DNA of 64,000 bases. Origin: Eukaryota sp. TZLM1-RC. Lineage: Eukaryota > Protista > Metamonada: BaSk clade. Below, piece after piece: positions 51,705 through 64,000 of the stretch (positions are counted from its first letter, which is position 1; each line of letters starts with the position of its first letter). The stretch is from contig JAUPSS010000004.1 of assembly GCA_040285825.1 (NCBI GenBank), positions 992,001 to 1,056,000 on the forward strand. The letters are read 5' to 3'. The notes beneath the pieces are model-generated. The model saw only the letters and a list, made by a program, of their open reading frames with translations, made no database searches and had not been told where the DNA came from. The translations under genes were made by a program, and so were the position numbers.

Positions 51705-52295
51705 GTGGCACTGCGCGAAAAAAAATCAGCCGACCTTACAGAAATCAAAACTTATATCGAAGCAAAAGAATTATTCAATCTAAGAACACGAGAGTTCAAC
51801 CAGCAACCTTAAAACAACCTCAGCAGGAATACTCAAACATAAGAAGATCAGAAGACCAAATGATTAATCAATTCAAAAGAATATTTGGATTCTCTTCTGA
51901 TGTTGTTATTGGATTTGGTGATTCGAGGGTTGCTGATGATGAAATCAAAAGTTGGGCACCTACTATTAAAGAAAAATTATTGAGAAAGCTGTTCAAATAA
52001 GCCAGATATACCGTCCTTTTAATTGATGAATGCCGAACAAGTAAGTATTGTTCTGCTTGTGCTGAATTTGGTCAAATCAGAATGAATTCTGAAGAACACG
52101 GTATCAAAAGGCCTAGACTTGTGGATATAAGACGTTTGAGAGAAAGAAGAAAATATTTGAAATGGTGGTATGCAGGAGACATAAAAAAGACATTATAGTT
52201 CAAAACACGAAGGAGAAAAGTCAACAGTAGACGCAAATTCAATTGCTTGTGGACTACGTCGATGTTCAAAGTGCAAAACATGGTGGACAGGGATT
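51705..52295 (+). pseudogene. Fanzor (TnpB-like) nuclease, C-terminal fragment
   Basis: KTYIEAKELFN.., YSNIRRSEDQMINQFKRIFG..DVVIGFGD, APT..KLLRKLFK*ARYTVLLIDECRTSKYCSAC, GLRRCSKCKTWW/RD: RuvC-II Glu, split C4 zinc finger, RuvC-III RD. RuvC-I is absent. Confidence 0.8.
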
Positions 52296-52639
52296 TTTTA
52301 CCATAAATCGATTACGTTTGGTTGTATGAGGCAGACTTGTCTCACAAATTTCATGAAGCCCGCCAAGCCTCAACCTTCTCTTTCTCATTCAGAATTTGCT
52401 GCTCTTTTGGAAGGTCTGGAAGATTCCAACATGACTGCTGATGTCAGCGGCATCAAGCAGAATTGCCTTACCGCTATAGAGTTGGTCATGGCAGATTCTG
52501 TGGATTTTGACCGAAATCTAGTGTTGACTTTTTCATCTGACCATTTTCCAGCTTCGAGGACACGAGACAAGACCTCTTTTTTCATTTTTGCCAACTTTAT
52601 CACCTTACCCACCCACTTTCTCTAATATAATAATAACCG

Positions 52640-52800
52640 TGATAGAAACAAGTTTTGTTGCTTTGTTCTGCTTTGTCCCAGAACTGAACCTTTCTCTATG
52701 CGATCAGGCGTGACTGGACATTTAGAAAAACTTCACCCAGATGTCAGCAATGACGTTTTGAAACAGTCTGGATACATGAAATGCAGTTGTGGAGACATCA
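52640..52800 (+). pseudogene. Zinc-finger fragment of unknown, probably mobile-element, origin
   Basis: CCFVLLCPRTEPFSMRSGVTGHLEKLHP...GYMKCSCG, a C2H2-like spacing. Confidence 0.4.
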
Positions 52801-53635
52801 TCTCAGTTGAAGGTGTTGTGTTAGCTGAGGCTAAACGCCACTTTCCGGTTTTGGAGAGTATCACGTGTAGCATCACGTGATCAATAGTTTAAATTCAGTT
52901 CTTGTTTAATTTAGTTTGATTTTTTTATTCCGGTTCATAAACTTCTTGTTATTCTGATTATGAACAATATTGCACGAAAGCCAACAGTTGGCATGCATAA
53001 TACAAAAAAAGACTGTATTTTGCCTGCTTCCTACACTGATTCCTTAGCTTCGTCACAAACTGAATAAGACAGTCCACCCCTTCCTTCCGTAAGTTCCCCC
53101 ATTGATGCATATCATCAACCAATTAATCCCAGTCAACGCTATGGACTTGGTTTTGGACATCACAACCAATGATGTGGAGGTTTAAAGTTGTTTGGTGTCA
53201 AAAGCTTAATTTTGCCGGCCTACTGGCCTGAAATGAACCCCATAGAGGCGTTTTTGGGCGGTTAAGAAATAAATGCTACAATAACCATCAGAAAAGATCT
53301 TTATCGTTATTAAAAAAGTTTTAGAGACTGAAATGCGCATGGATTGTAGTTAATTGTTTGATCATGCTGGCTGAAAACATGGTGAAGTTTACAAATCTCC
53401 ATACTTCACTAAACCTCACCAGAGGAAGTATAGTGGATGAATAAAGTTTATCAGTAATTTAGACTATAGGTAGGTGTTCATGTCATCAATAAAAGCACAA
53501 ATATGCAAATGTTATGTGAAAACATGCTCAAATGGACAAATACTCATTCAATCACCTCTTTCTTCTTCATCACCGTCTTCAGGCTTAAAAATGCGTCATA
53601 TTCGGTTTTAGAGATGTTTTTTACAGAAACCCTCG

Positions 53636-54100
53636 CTACTTGATGGAATTTGGGTGGAGCAGAATTTCTTGTGAGGAGAGAGTTATGACCAATTGTGACA
53701 GGAAAAGAGTTTTGATGGCTGCGGGCTGACAGTCTTCAACGTTATTGAAGAAGAGTTTCAAGCCATGTACTTCGATCTTTTTTTTCGACATAGCATAGCT
53801 GTGGTACTCCACCTTGACATGAAAAGAATGTCTAAAATCAGGAGAGCTCGTACCTTCAAGAAGAGGTAGAGATGTGCCAAGGACCATGGGAACATCGTTA
53901 GATCTATCCATTTGAAGGAAAAAGGACGAAATTGACTGATGAATATATTTGGTTGGGAAATCAGGAATTAAAAACCTTAAGTGAAAAATACAGTATGCTC
54001 CATTCTGAATTTCACAGCAGTATCCATTGTAAATGTCTCTATTTATCAGTTTGTTCATGTTTAATTGATTTGTAGAAGTGATAAGTTGAACATAATCCAA
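53636..54100 (-). other. Unassigned 154-codon ORF; its 5' part is similar to about 39507-39580
   Basis: Shared nucleotide block cagtatccattgtaaatgt...atttatcagtttgt.catgtt; no recognisable domain. Confidence 0.3.
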
Positions 54101-54599
54101 ATTTTATAACTAAAACTCAAAAATCAAACATTTCTGATTGTCAGTAAACCTTCTACTTTCAGTAAAATCTATGCAGTCATAGTCACGTGCATATTCTCTT
54201 CATCAGTTCTTTGAGCAGCCAGTGTGTGATTATGTTGATGGACAGCTGACCAAGGTGACCACCATGGCTTACCTGGGCAGTTTGCTGGCCAGAGTTTTTG
54301 CTGTACGCTTCCATGAAGACAGTCATTTTCTGACTCAGCATCGATTGTGGATCCAGTGTCTTGACTTTGTGGCAGTCTTTGAGCCAAAACTCAGACATCC
54401 ATTCAAAAGACCTGGAAAAGGTCATATGTATGAGAAGCTCGAGCAAATCTCTACATAATGGCCGTTTCCTGTCCTGTTCATGTCAAAAAAGGTCATAATC
54501 ATGCGCTACCCACTAGTAGACCTCTACAACATTTAATGGATGCAAGGTGTCGCCACCTAAAAGGCAAATACTAGCAGCTCCTACCTGATGGTCTTGTGT

Positions 54600-55415
54600 C
54601 TTGAAAGCTAAACTTCTTCCGCCCGTATGCAATTGGTCACAACTGCCCAGCACGGCACGAGCCAGTTATGCTGGCTCTGTACTCCACATAACAGAAACTT
54701 TCGAAAACCTCTTCTTTCTTGGTTCAACACACACCATACCATGGCTCTCACTCTGTTTAATTTCTTGGTTGACGATCCTCAAAGGTACAACACTCTTCTT
54801 TCTTCCCGAAGAGTGATTCTTAATCAATGAAACAGTACCTACATCTTTTGTTGCGGATCAACAATCCAAAACCATCCTTTCAAAGCAAGCCTTTCCACAT
54901 ACCTTCAAACGACATAGACTCGCCCCTATTGCTAGTTTGAAGCCTGCTTTTGTTCCCTTTTCACATTGTATTTTGAACCACTTTGTATCCAAATATACAT
55001 CAAAAACACTCTTAAACAACCCTTATTCGTTCTTCAAGACTGTCACCACTGTTGAGACAGCACACAACCAACATTTAAAAGTTGACATGAATCGGAACGT
55101 CCAAGACTTCGAAAACCACTTCATGACTGGGAGCTGCGGCTCAGGTAGACCCCAAGAATTGCTTCTTGCGTTACCCCACAGTGCTTAGCTGCTCTTAGAG
55201 CTCAGAGTAGATTTCATCCCTGCATCTCTGCGATCAATATTATTGATGAACAACAAATTTGCGAGTCAATTTTCAGCCAATATAGTACTTTAGAGACGGT
55301 GAGGAACCAATAAGCCGGAAGGACCAGATCAAAAAGGAAAGAGACGAGTCGAATTTAGGTAGATTCTGTGGTAATCCTGGCCACACCATTAAAAAACGCC
55401 CAGGCTGTCAGAGGT
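54600..55415 (+). mobile_element. Probable decayed MULE/Mutator transposase
   Basis: Degenerate motifs in the expected order: C..H-like (LC/LHITE), TTVETAHNQHLK, SWIM-like GSCG..QELLL..H, GRTRSKRK, CGNPGHT knuckle. Confidence 0.45.
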
Positions 55416-55948
55416 ATTAAATATAAATAAAAATAGATTAATTCCGTTGAAACCCTCTTTAAACCCTTTTTTTAAAAAAGAAACCCTCACTTTGACTTAC
55501 AACTATACCTATTGTAAGTATTGAACCTACAAAGATCAAAAAACATGTAGACTATACAGACACACGTAATCAGATCTTTCTTGACCGTCATCAACCTCAT
55601 ACAGTTAAAAACTGAATGATTGATGATTACCCAGTCGTTCATGTATTTGTTAATAGAGACTCTAAATAAAGAGAATTACTCTCAATATTTGGTAGAGACT
55701 CTATATTAAAATTAAACAATGTGGACCAAGAAATAAAGTGTATTCTAATGTTGAGATTAGTACACTAATTCCCAGTCCTGTTGGATTTTTTAATCAATTT
55801 CCAAATTGAATTATAACATTAGAAAATGAAAGCAAAAACTTATATTTGCTTTAATATTCAACATGAATGTTCAAGATCTGGTATTCTTAATTGTCAATGG
55901 GGTTTTAAATATGTGCTTTGATATTGATTTGTTCAAAACTTCTTAATT

Positions 55949-56846
55949 TTAAAATCCATTAAACGAAATAACTAAATTCAACAGTGGTACATATTCGAGA
56001 AAATAGTTATTGAACATGACAAAGTTTGTATTAAAAATAATCATTGTTTTGGTTAATGCAAAGGTACCACTGATGGCAGTTGAATCACGAAGAAGAACAG
56101 TTTCTAAATCAATAATAGAATCAGTAGGAAAAAGAAATTGACAATCAACAACAACTACATCATCAAAATCAACAATGGATTTAACAAGGGTAATAAGAGG
56201 TTGACCATTAGCACATCCACTAATAACTTTACCATCAGAATCAACTGGACCTAAACTTTTTACATTGGTGAAATCCAAGGTTGAATTACCAGTTGAGATA
56301 AATGAACAAAACCAAAAGTATGGATTCACTTACAAGATAAAAACAAAGTAAAAGTCTAGCATAAGTTCCAAAGGATGAAGAGATTGAGTTTAGATGGACA
56401 AAAAACGTATAACTAAAGAAATTGGGTGGGTAGCTTGGGGGTTTATGTTCTGGAAAAAAGCCAAGAATAAGAATGAAAGAACTAATAAAGGAGATGATCC
56501 TGGGCAATGACAACGAGAACAATGTCGTTGAACAACAACAATATCGAAAGCATGGATGATGAGTATCAAGAGGATGTTGATATTGGGAGGATGGAGTGTT
56601 GAGCATTCTGTTCAAACGAGGGCAAGGGCTGGGTAGGAAGGATCACACGAGCATCAGTGCCATGGATGAAGAGGTTTGAATGATGGAATTGTACGATGGA
56701 TAAAGAGGTTGGGATGATGGAGTGAAAGAGCGAAGCTGATGGTGACAGAAAGCAGCTTGTGGAGGAGGTGAAAATTCGTTGAAACTCCATTGTTGAGATG
56801 CTTCAAGAAATCCTTTTGTGTTGCTGAAACTTTTGATAACCACCAA
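55949..56846 (-). other. Fragmented coding-like sequence of unknown family
   Basis: Chain of overlapping short minus-strand ORFs with higher GC than the flanks. Confidence 0.3.
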
Positions 56847-56865
56847 TCAATGATGTTTGGCTTAG

Positions 56866-57070
56866 TTTGAAAAGATTTGATATTTCTTTATGACGCTTTC
56901 GAATTTAATTTGCCATTATTAAAAGATTGCCTCGGTTTTTCAATCGAATAAGGAAGCTCTAGCTAGATATCAAGCAGATCAAGATTCTGTAGAGGAAATC
57001 TTTGTTCAATGAATTTCGTCCCATTAGCTAAGAGTTCTTTTGTTAAGTGTGTTAAGTTTAATTAATAACT
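56866..57070 (+). mobile_element. Family C 3' end (independent, diverged copy)
   Basis: Similar to 4983-5190 (tgaaaagatttg...cctcggtttttcaatcgaat...caagcagatcaagatt). Confidence 0.75.
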
Positions 57071-57282
57071 ACAATAAGATTTATCAACATCTTTTCCGAA
57101 AACTTTTCCATTTTCAATGGTTTAAATTAACCCTCATATTCGAAAATGGTAGTAATTGTGCAATGTTTTTCTATTTTTTTGTTGAATAAAATCCAATGAA
57201 TAAAGGTTAATAATATATTGTTTTTTGTTTTTGAGCAATTGTCCGTTAAAATATCATTTATATGAGCTTTTTCCCCAAAATT

Positions 57283-57809
57283 AAAGAATATAAAATATTT
57301 CTTCCACCACCTTGGAGTGGATTTACTCTTCATTCATTACACAGCTGCTGATTTGAGATTTCAAGTGACATCGCAATCTTACAACAAACCAGAATTTTTA
57401 GCTTGTGTTTCACTTATTTCAATTATTTTGCCTTGTCTCGTTATTTGATTAAAAAAATTGTGCAAAAAGCAATTACTTGTCAAAATAAAGCAAAATCAAA
57501 ACACAATGAGTTTCTGTCACAGACAAAACCTTAATTTCTTTTCACCCTAGGATATAAAGATCTAGTAAACTATTGAAAACTTTTCTTATTCAATCTAAAT
57601 CTAAATCAACTCTATTGAAACTGATTAGCTCCCATGTGGTTAACATGTGTTTCTACTTCTTACTTCACTTGTTTGTCAACCGTCCGATAAATCGGAGGTT
57701 CCATAATTCAATGATTTTCAGTTATGTTTCTTAAGTTTAAGGAACAAAAATAGAACATGTCTCATCTCGATTTAAATTCATCTGATCACTTGAATTAATT
57801 TCTTTTCTT
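57283..57809. repeat. About 525-bp direct repeat with about 61809-62331
   Basis: Near-identical sequence flanking the kinase-Sel1 gene on both sides. Confidence 0.85.
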
Positions 57810-57925
57810 CGGTCTTTATTTGCTAATTAATCATCAAACTGTATTTGTACAATATTTGGTTAAAACTGACAATGATGAATGTAACATTAATAAACAAAGT
57901 TGTTTATTGAATAGACCACAGTACT

Positions 57926-60900
57926 TTATAATCTTCTACTTTTGGATCGTCTGGTGAGTTTTCTGTTAGAAACTTCTATCCTTTCAGCAGCATCTTCATC
58001 ACCAGCATCCTTGGCCTTTTCGTACCATTCAATAGCTTGGTGAAGGTCTTTAGGTACACCTTTACAGTGTTCATAACGATTACCTGAATTAAACATGGCT
58101 ATTCTATCACCAGGCTGTCTTATTGAACCAATAAAAAACTTGTTGAAGGTCTTGATCAACACCTTGACCATCTCTATAACAAACACCTAAACTACACATA
58201 GCTGATGAATTACCAGCTTCAGATGCCTTGCTACACCAATGAAAGGCTTGTTGGTAATCCATTTCTACACCAAGACCATGGTCATAACAATAACCTAAAT
58301 TAAACATAGTACCAGCATGACCAGCATCAGCAGCTCTTCTCCACCAAAAAACTGCTTCTTAATAGTGTTTATCTTTATAAGATTCCAATCCTTTTTCAAA
58401 CATTTGTTCAGGCGTATCATCATCACTTGACTCAACTTCCAAATTTTCAAACCCACCCTCCACATTTTGGTCACAATCACTACCATTGATCTCTTCTTGA
58501 TCCTCATCAGAAGAACTATCATCAGATAATTTTTGGTTAGGATTACCAAAATTCTGATTTTCTGAAAAAAAAAGAATAAAAAGCCAAGGAATTTTTCAGT
58601 CCATTTCAATTTGGAATCAAGACAATTGATGGTGCTTCTCCTGCTGCTCTTTCGTCGGATGTGTTTTTTAACTCTAGTGATTCTAATTACATCTTCAATT
58701 TAGATTTTAAGAATGCTTTCAATTCTGTATCTCGTTCTTCCATTTTACCTTTGCTGCAAAAGCATTTTCCTGAAGTTGAGCCTTTTTTCTATTTATTTTA
58801 TGGAAAATCATCCACATTGGTCTATGAAAACTTTGACCTGCTTTCGTCTTCAGCTGTTAAACAAGGTGATCCACTTGGTCCTTTTTTCTTTTGTCTGGCA
58901 ATTCATCCATTCATGTGCGAATTGAAAGAAAAATTCCCAGAAATAGATATTGCAGCATATATGGATGACATTTCTGTAATTGCTCCTATTACAATTCTGA
59001 AACAAATAGCAACTTTTATTCAACAGCGTTATGAAGATATTGGTCTCTCATTGAATATCTCCAAATGTTTGATTATTGGCAATGAACCAATTTACTTTTT
59101 CATTAATGATGTCAATGTCCCCTTTATCAATTATGATCAGTCTGGTTTTCGTTTTTTGGGTTGTTATCTCGGAAATATTGATGAAGTCAAAGGCCAACTT
59201 TCGACTCTGTTGACTCAATTTGGAAATGAATTAGAATCAATAGAAAATTTAATTATTGAGAAACATTTGAAATTCTTTTTCCTAAAAATTTGTTATTCTG
59301 GAAAATTTACTCATATTTTGAGATCAACATCACCATCAATTTCTTTGGAGTTTTGTCGAATTTTTAATGAACAAAGAACCAATTTTTTAGCAAAATTATT
59401 GGAAATTGATGCATCTCAGTTACGAAGCCACATTTTTTGTGGTACAAATTTTGGTGGTGTTGATTTTCATAAATCAAGCTGCCTTTGTAAAGCTGCCTTT
59501 ATTGGAGGTGGTAAAAATTATATTTATGAATTTGTGAATCGTTTTCCTGAAGAAATTCATCTCATTGAAAATTGTGGCAGCTCTTATCTTATTTCTTTGC
59601 AACAGGAAATTGAAACTCTTTCACCCAATATTTGTTCTAAATGTTTCCCCTCTGATATTGTGGAACTTCCTCCAAGGAGCTTGCTCTCCTTACCACTGAC
59701 TTTTGCAAAATTGCAGAAAAAAATCTTGAAAGTTTTAGAAAACTTGGATTATATTGTACGTCTTAGCTTGGCTAAAGAAAAAAATCCCGTTTTTGCGAAC
59801 TTTTTGATTGATCTTGAAGACAGTTGCTCAAGTTACCTAATCTCCCAAATTCCCAACATTTATGGCCTTCTACTCAATGATCACCAATGGACCACTGCAA
59901 TGAGAATGAGATGTTTTCTATGGCCTTGTTCTTTACCAAATGATTTAATTTGTCGCTGCAAGACTGTTGTTACGCTTTCCCATATTTTAAACTGTAAGTA
60001 TTTTATAACTTATCGCTCAATTGTTCATGACTCAGTTCGTGATCAATTATATGCCATGTGCAAAAGTTTCAATATAGAGGCATTTATTGAGCCATTAGTA
60101 CGTAAGCTGTCTTCAGATCAAACTGATGATTCCTTTGGTAGAAGAAGGGCAGATTCAGTAGCTTCTGGGATCGATGGTGTTCTCAATGTTGTAGACGTTG
60201 TCTCAGTGGATGTTTGCAAAAATTCTGCTGCTCGTTTAGTGTATTCCGCTGATTCGCCGTTATCTAACGCCGAAAAAAAGAAGATAAAAAAATATGAAGA
60301 ACCTTTGGCACAGTTAGGTAGAGTGGAACATGTGAAATATCAGTTTGTGCCGTTTGCAATTTCTCTTTTTGGCAATATTGGACCTTCAGGGTTGCATTTT
60401 TTTGAAAATTTCAAAAAAGTGTTACTGAACAGGTTTGGTAAAACAATGAATTCCACTTTCTGGTTAAATAGAATGATTTTTTGCATTTTCAAGTCTATTC
60501 CAACAATGATTTCAAAGGCACTTTTAGCTATTGGTGTAGAATATGAACGTAATGCTGTGAGTAGGTTTAGTAATAGTAACGCTTGTTTGGAGGATATTGA
60601 ATTCTAGATGGGTTTTTTATCTCAATAAATATTCAAGTTAAAAAAAATTTCTGAAATATTATTGTGGCAAATATGGATTGAATTAATTTGTTCTTTTAAT
60701 TCCTTTTCTTTTTGGGAAAGTTCGTCAATTTTGGAGTTTGAATTGCTGATTTCTATTCTCAAATCATTTATTAATTGATCTCTATTATTGATTTCTTGAT
60801 CCTTTTCAACCAGAGTTTGGCTTAATTCTTGATTTCTAGAGACAAGATTAGAGTTCTGAAGTGTTAATTCTTGATTTCTCTGATTTAAATCAATAGTAGA

Positions 60901-61743
60901 TTTTCGGAAATATTCATTTTCTAGACTCAAATACTCATTGATTTGGACTTTTTCAGCACAATTTTGACAATTTTGGCTTAAATTGGGATTAAATTCATTT
61001 ATCAAGGGCAATTCTCCAGTATAATTTTCCAATAAATTCAATTGATGAATTATTTGGTCAATCGTTGGTCTTTTTGAAGTATCACAGGACATACAATCAA
61101 TAACCATATTTTTCAAAATTTCTGGATATTCCTGATCAAATGGAAGCTCCCTTCCCTGATATTTGGCCCCCAATAGAGAAAATTGAGTATTTAAACCCTC
61201 AAAAGCTACTTTATTAGTAAGTAATTCACATAAAATTACCCCAATAGAATAAATATCAGAAGCTTCTGTTATTCTATTGTCAAAAACCTCTAAAGCCGCA
61301 TATTTAGGGGTAAAGGTGAGAGAAGTGGAATTGCCAGTATGCTCAGCAATTACTTTAGAAGTACCAAAGTCGGCGAGTCGAAGTTGGCCATTTACGAGCA
61401 GGATGTTTTGTGGCTTGAGGTCACCGTGAATGACGGATTTCGAATGGAGGACCTTCATGGCACAACAAAGTTCTTTGGCAATGGCTAGATTTTGGTTTGT
61501 TAAAGAAGAGGGAACGTTGAGAGAGGATGTGGCAAGCTCCATTACAATGCCAATCTTGTCGTCAATGTAGGTGACTCCAAAGACACGGAGGATGGCAGGA
61601 CTATTCAGCATGGAGAGGAGAGAGAATTCCTTCTTGAGTTTGGCTTTCCCTTCGTCCGTGAGGAAGACGAGCTTGATGGCGACGGCAAGGCAGAACCACT
61701 TAGCAGAGTAGACAAAAGCAGAGCCGCCTTGGCCGATCTTCTT
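57926..61743 (-). pseudogene. Second kinase / coiled coil / Sel1 gene (about 3 repeats); 5' end lost and interrupted by family B
   Basis: KIGQGGSA, VAIK, HGDLKPQN, DFG, YAALE in 60622-61743. A stop lies just upstream (61756-61758) with no Met. The Sel1 part at 57926-58567 has a frameshift near 58115. Confidence 0.85.
58568..60647 (+). mobile_element. 5'-truncated family B element with an open RT-RLE frame, 9-bp TSD
   Basis: 648-aa ORF; TSD tttctgaaa at 58559-58567 and 60648-60656; A8 tail. Confidence 0.92.
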
Positions 61744-62363
61744 ATAATTTACACATTACATAAATTTGGTTTTTTGACATTGTTATGTACTGTACTGGCC
61801 CCCAATTAAAAAATATAAAATATTTCTTCCACCACCTTGGAGTGGATTTACTCTTCATTCATTACACAGCTGCTGATTTGAGATTTCAAGTGACATCGCA
61901 ATCTTACAACAAACCAGGATTTTTAGCTTGTGTTTCACTTATTTCAATTACTTTGCCTTGTCTCGTTATTTGAATGGAAAAATTGTGCAAAAAGCAATTA
62001 CTTGTCAAAATAAAGCAAAATCAAGACACAATGAGTTTCTGTCACAGACAAAATCTTAATTTCTTTTCACCCTAGGATATAAAGATCTAGTAAACTATTG
62101 AAAACTTTTCTTATTCAATCTAAATCTAAATCAACTCTATTGAAACTGATTAGCTCCCACGTGGTTTACATGTGTTTCTACTTCTTACTCTCACTTGTCA
62201 ACCGTCCGATACATCGGAGGTTCCATAATTCAATGTTTTTCAGTTATGTTTCTTAAGTTTAAGGAACAAAAATAGAACATGTCTCATCTCGATTTAAATT
62301 CATCTGATCACTTGAATTAATTTCTTTTCTTTATTCTTTATTATTATCTCTTTGGTATTATTT

Positions 62364-64000
62364 ATTTACGTGGTCGTTATGGTGCCGCAAAACAGTCCTT
62401 GTTTACCTCTTCTTTGGCTGATGCAAATTCTGATACCCTTGAAAAACTTCAAAAGTTGCACCCTCAAGAAAATTTCAAGTGCAGCAAGCCTGATGTGTGT
62501 CCTTTTTGGATTGAAAATCCTATTACTGCAATTGAAGTTCTTAAAACTATTCAAAAATTACCAAAAGGGAAAACAGCAGGCCCAACTGGAATTTCTTTTG
62601 ATCTGTTAAAAATAGCGTGTTCCAGTGCTCCCGAAATTGCTGATGATCTAGCCCATTATTTTCAACAATTAATTGTTTACAAAATTAATCCTCCATTTGA
62701 ATTACTCGCTGCACGTCTGATTGCTTTAGTAAAGCCTGGAAACGGAATCAAACCTGATGGAATACGCCCAATTGCTGTTGATTGAATCTCCATCTCGTTT
62801 GCTGGCATCAATTGTCTTCGATCGTGTCAAAGACAAAGCTTCTACATTTTTGAATCCTCATCAATTTGGAATCAAAACAATTGATGGTGCTTCTGTTGCT
62901 GCTATTGCCTCTGACACTTTTTTTAATGCAGAAGAAAATAACTTTATCTTTAATCTGGACTTTAAAAATGCTTTTAATTCTGTAAAGCGAAAAGCAATTT
63001 TTGAAGTAATTAAATCTGATTTTCCTGAGCTATCGAGTTTTTTCTACCATTTTTATGGGAAAGAATCAGATTTAATTTATAATTCATGTGGTCTTAAATC
63101 ATCTTCTGGTGTGCAGCAAGGTGATCCTTTAGGCCCAATATTGTTTTGTTTAGCTATTCACAACATTTTAAATATCATTAAGCAAAAACACCCTTCTACA
63201 AAAATAGTTGCTTATATGGATGATATATCCTTGATTGGTTCATTTGATTTACTAGAATTGGTTGCTCAAGAAATTGCTGATTAATATGAAAATATTGGGC
63301 TTCATCTTAATGCGAGCAAATGCCTTCTCATTGGCTCTTCTGCTCAAGATCTCGTGATAAATGATTCTATTGTCCCTTTTACTAATTATAGTAGTGATTC
63401 TGTTAAGTTCCTTGGTTGTTGGTTAGGAAACGTGCCTCAAATGCAGAATGAATTGCAAGCTATTTTGGAAAAAATGAAAATTGAACTTGATTCAATTTCT
63501 GCTTTAGATATAGAAAAACACATTAAATTTTTCATGCTTAAAATTTGCTACACTGGGAGTATAACCCACATTTTGAGATCTTGTGCTCCTTCCATAGCAT
63601 TAGATTTTTGTCGTTCTTTTAATTCATTGAGAACAAAATTTTTTGCTGATTTATTGAATGTAGATCCAGGAATGTTGAAAAGTCACTTATTTTCTTCAGC
63701 AAATTTGGGTGGTATTGGATTTACTAAATCTTCAATTTTGTGTCAATCAACATTCTTGGGTGGTGGCAAAAAAATTTTTATGAATTTTCTCGTAGATTTC
63801 CTAATGATTCTCATCTGGTAGTTCCCAGTTGCAGTCCATATTTGTATGAGTTATCTTGTGAACTTGAAAAAATGTTTTCCTCAATCAATTCAAGAAATTC
63901 CAAACCGATCTCTTTTTAATTTACAGTTTTGCTGTAAAAAGCTTCAACAAAAATTGTCAAAGATTTTTGAAAGCTTGGATTTTGATGTTAGACTTGGCTT
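62364..64000 (+). mobile_element. 5'-truncated, decayed family A element running off the window
   Basis: LRGRYGAAKQS...RPIAV, QGDPLGP, YMDD; stops at 62783 and 63282. Confidence 0.9.

Larger units (their letters stand above)
51200..53375 (+). mobile_element. Decayed IS630-Tc1-mariner (DD34E) transposase, split by a 1.56-kb insert
   Basis: EQLVFINE...RRYGRSPK, AISVTGV, IIIMDGCGIH, then LPAYWPEMNPIE near 53212-53247. Removing the insert and one repeat copy gives exactly 34 residues between D and E. Confidence 0.8.

Noticed and set aside
52296-53177. Fanzor omega-RNA downstream of the nuclease
   Set aside because: Similarity ends right after RD and the next sequence looks like another coding fragment; no structured RNA can be supported by eye.

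Overview
AT-rich, apparently intron-poor eukaryotic (protist-like) region; I cannot identify the organism from sequence alone. Two things dominate it. (1) A tandem family of minus-strand genes with the architecture non-RD protein kinase / coiled coil / acidic linker / Sel1-like (108-bp) repeats. Repeat number runs from about 3 to about 53, repeats are shuffled between paralogs, and several copies lack the kinase. (2) At least four families (called A-D here) of single-ORF, CRE-like non-LTR retrotransposons (zinc knuckle, RT, CCHC, RLE), nested in each other and in the Sel1 genes. Two families independently hit the same AAAAAAGGT site of the Sel1 repeat. Segmental duplications of about 11, 8.8 and 2.6 kb have amplified the region. 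The 51-55 kb segment holds decayed DNA-transposon material: a DD34E Tc1/IS630 transposase split by an insert carrying a Fanzor/TnpB C-terminal fragment, and a probable MULE remnant. A captured DIM1 fragment is present in three copies. Many frameshifts lie in homopolymers and differ between near-identical copies, so they may be long-read errors. I saw no rRNA, tRNA or CRISPR array.
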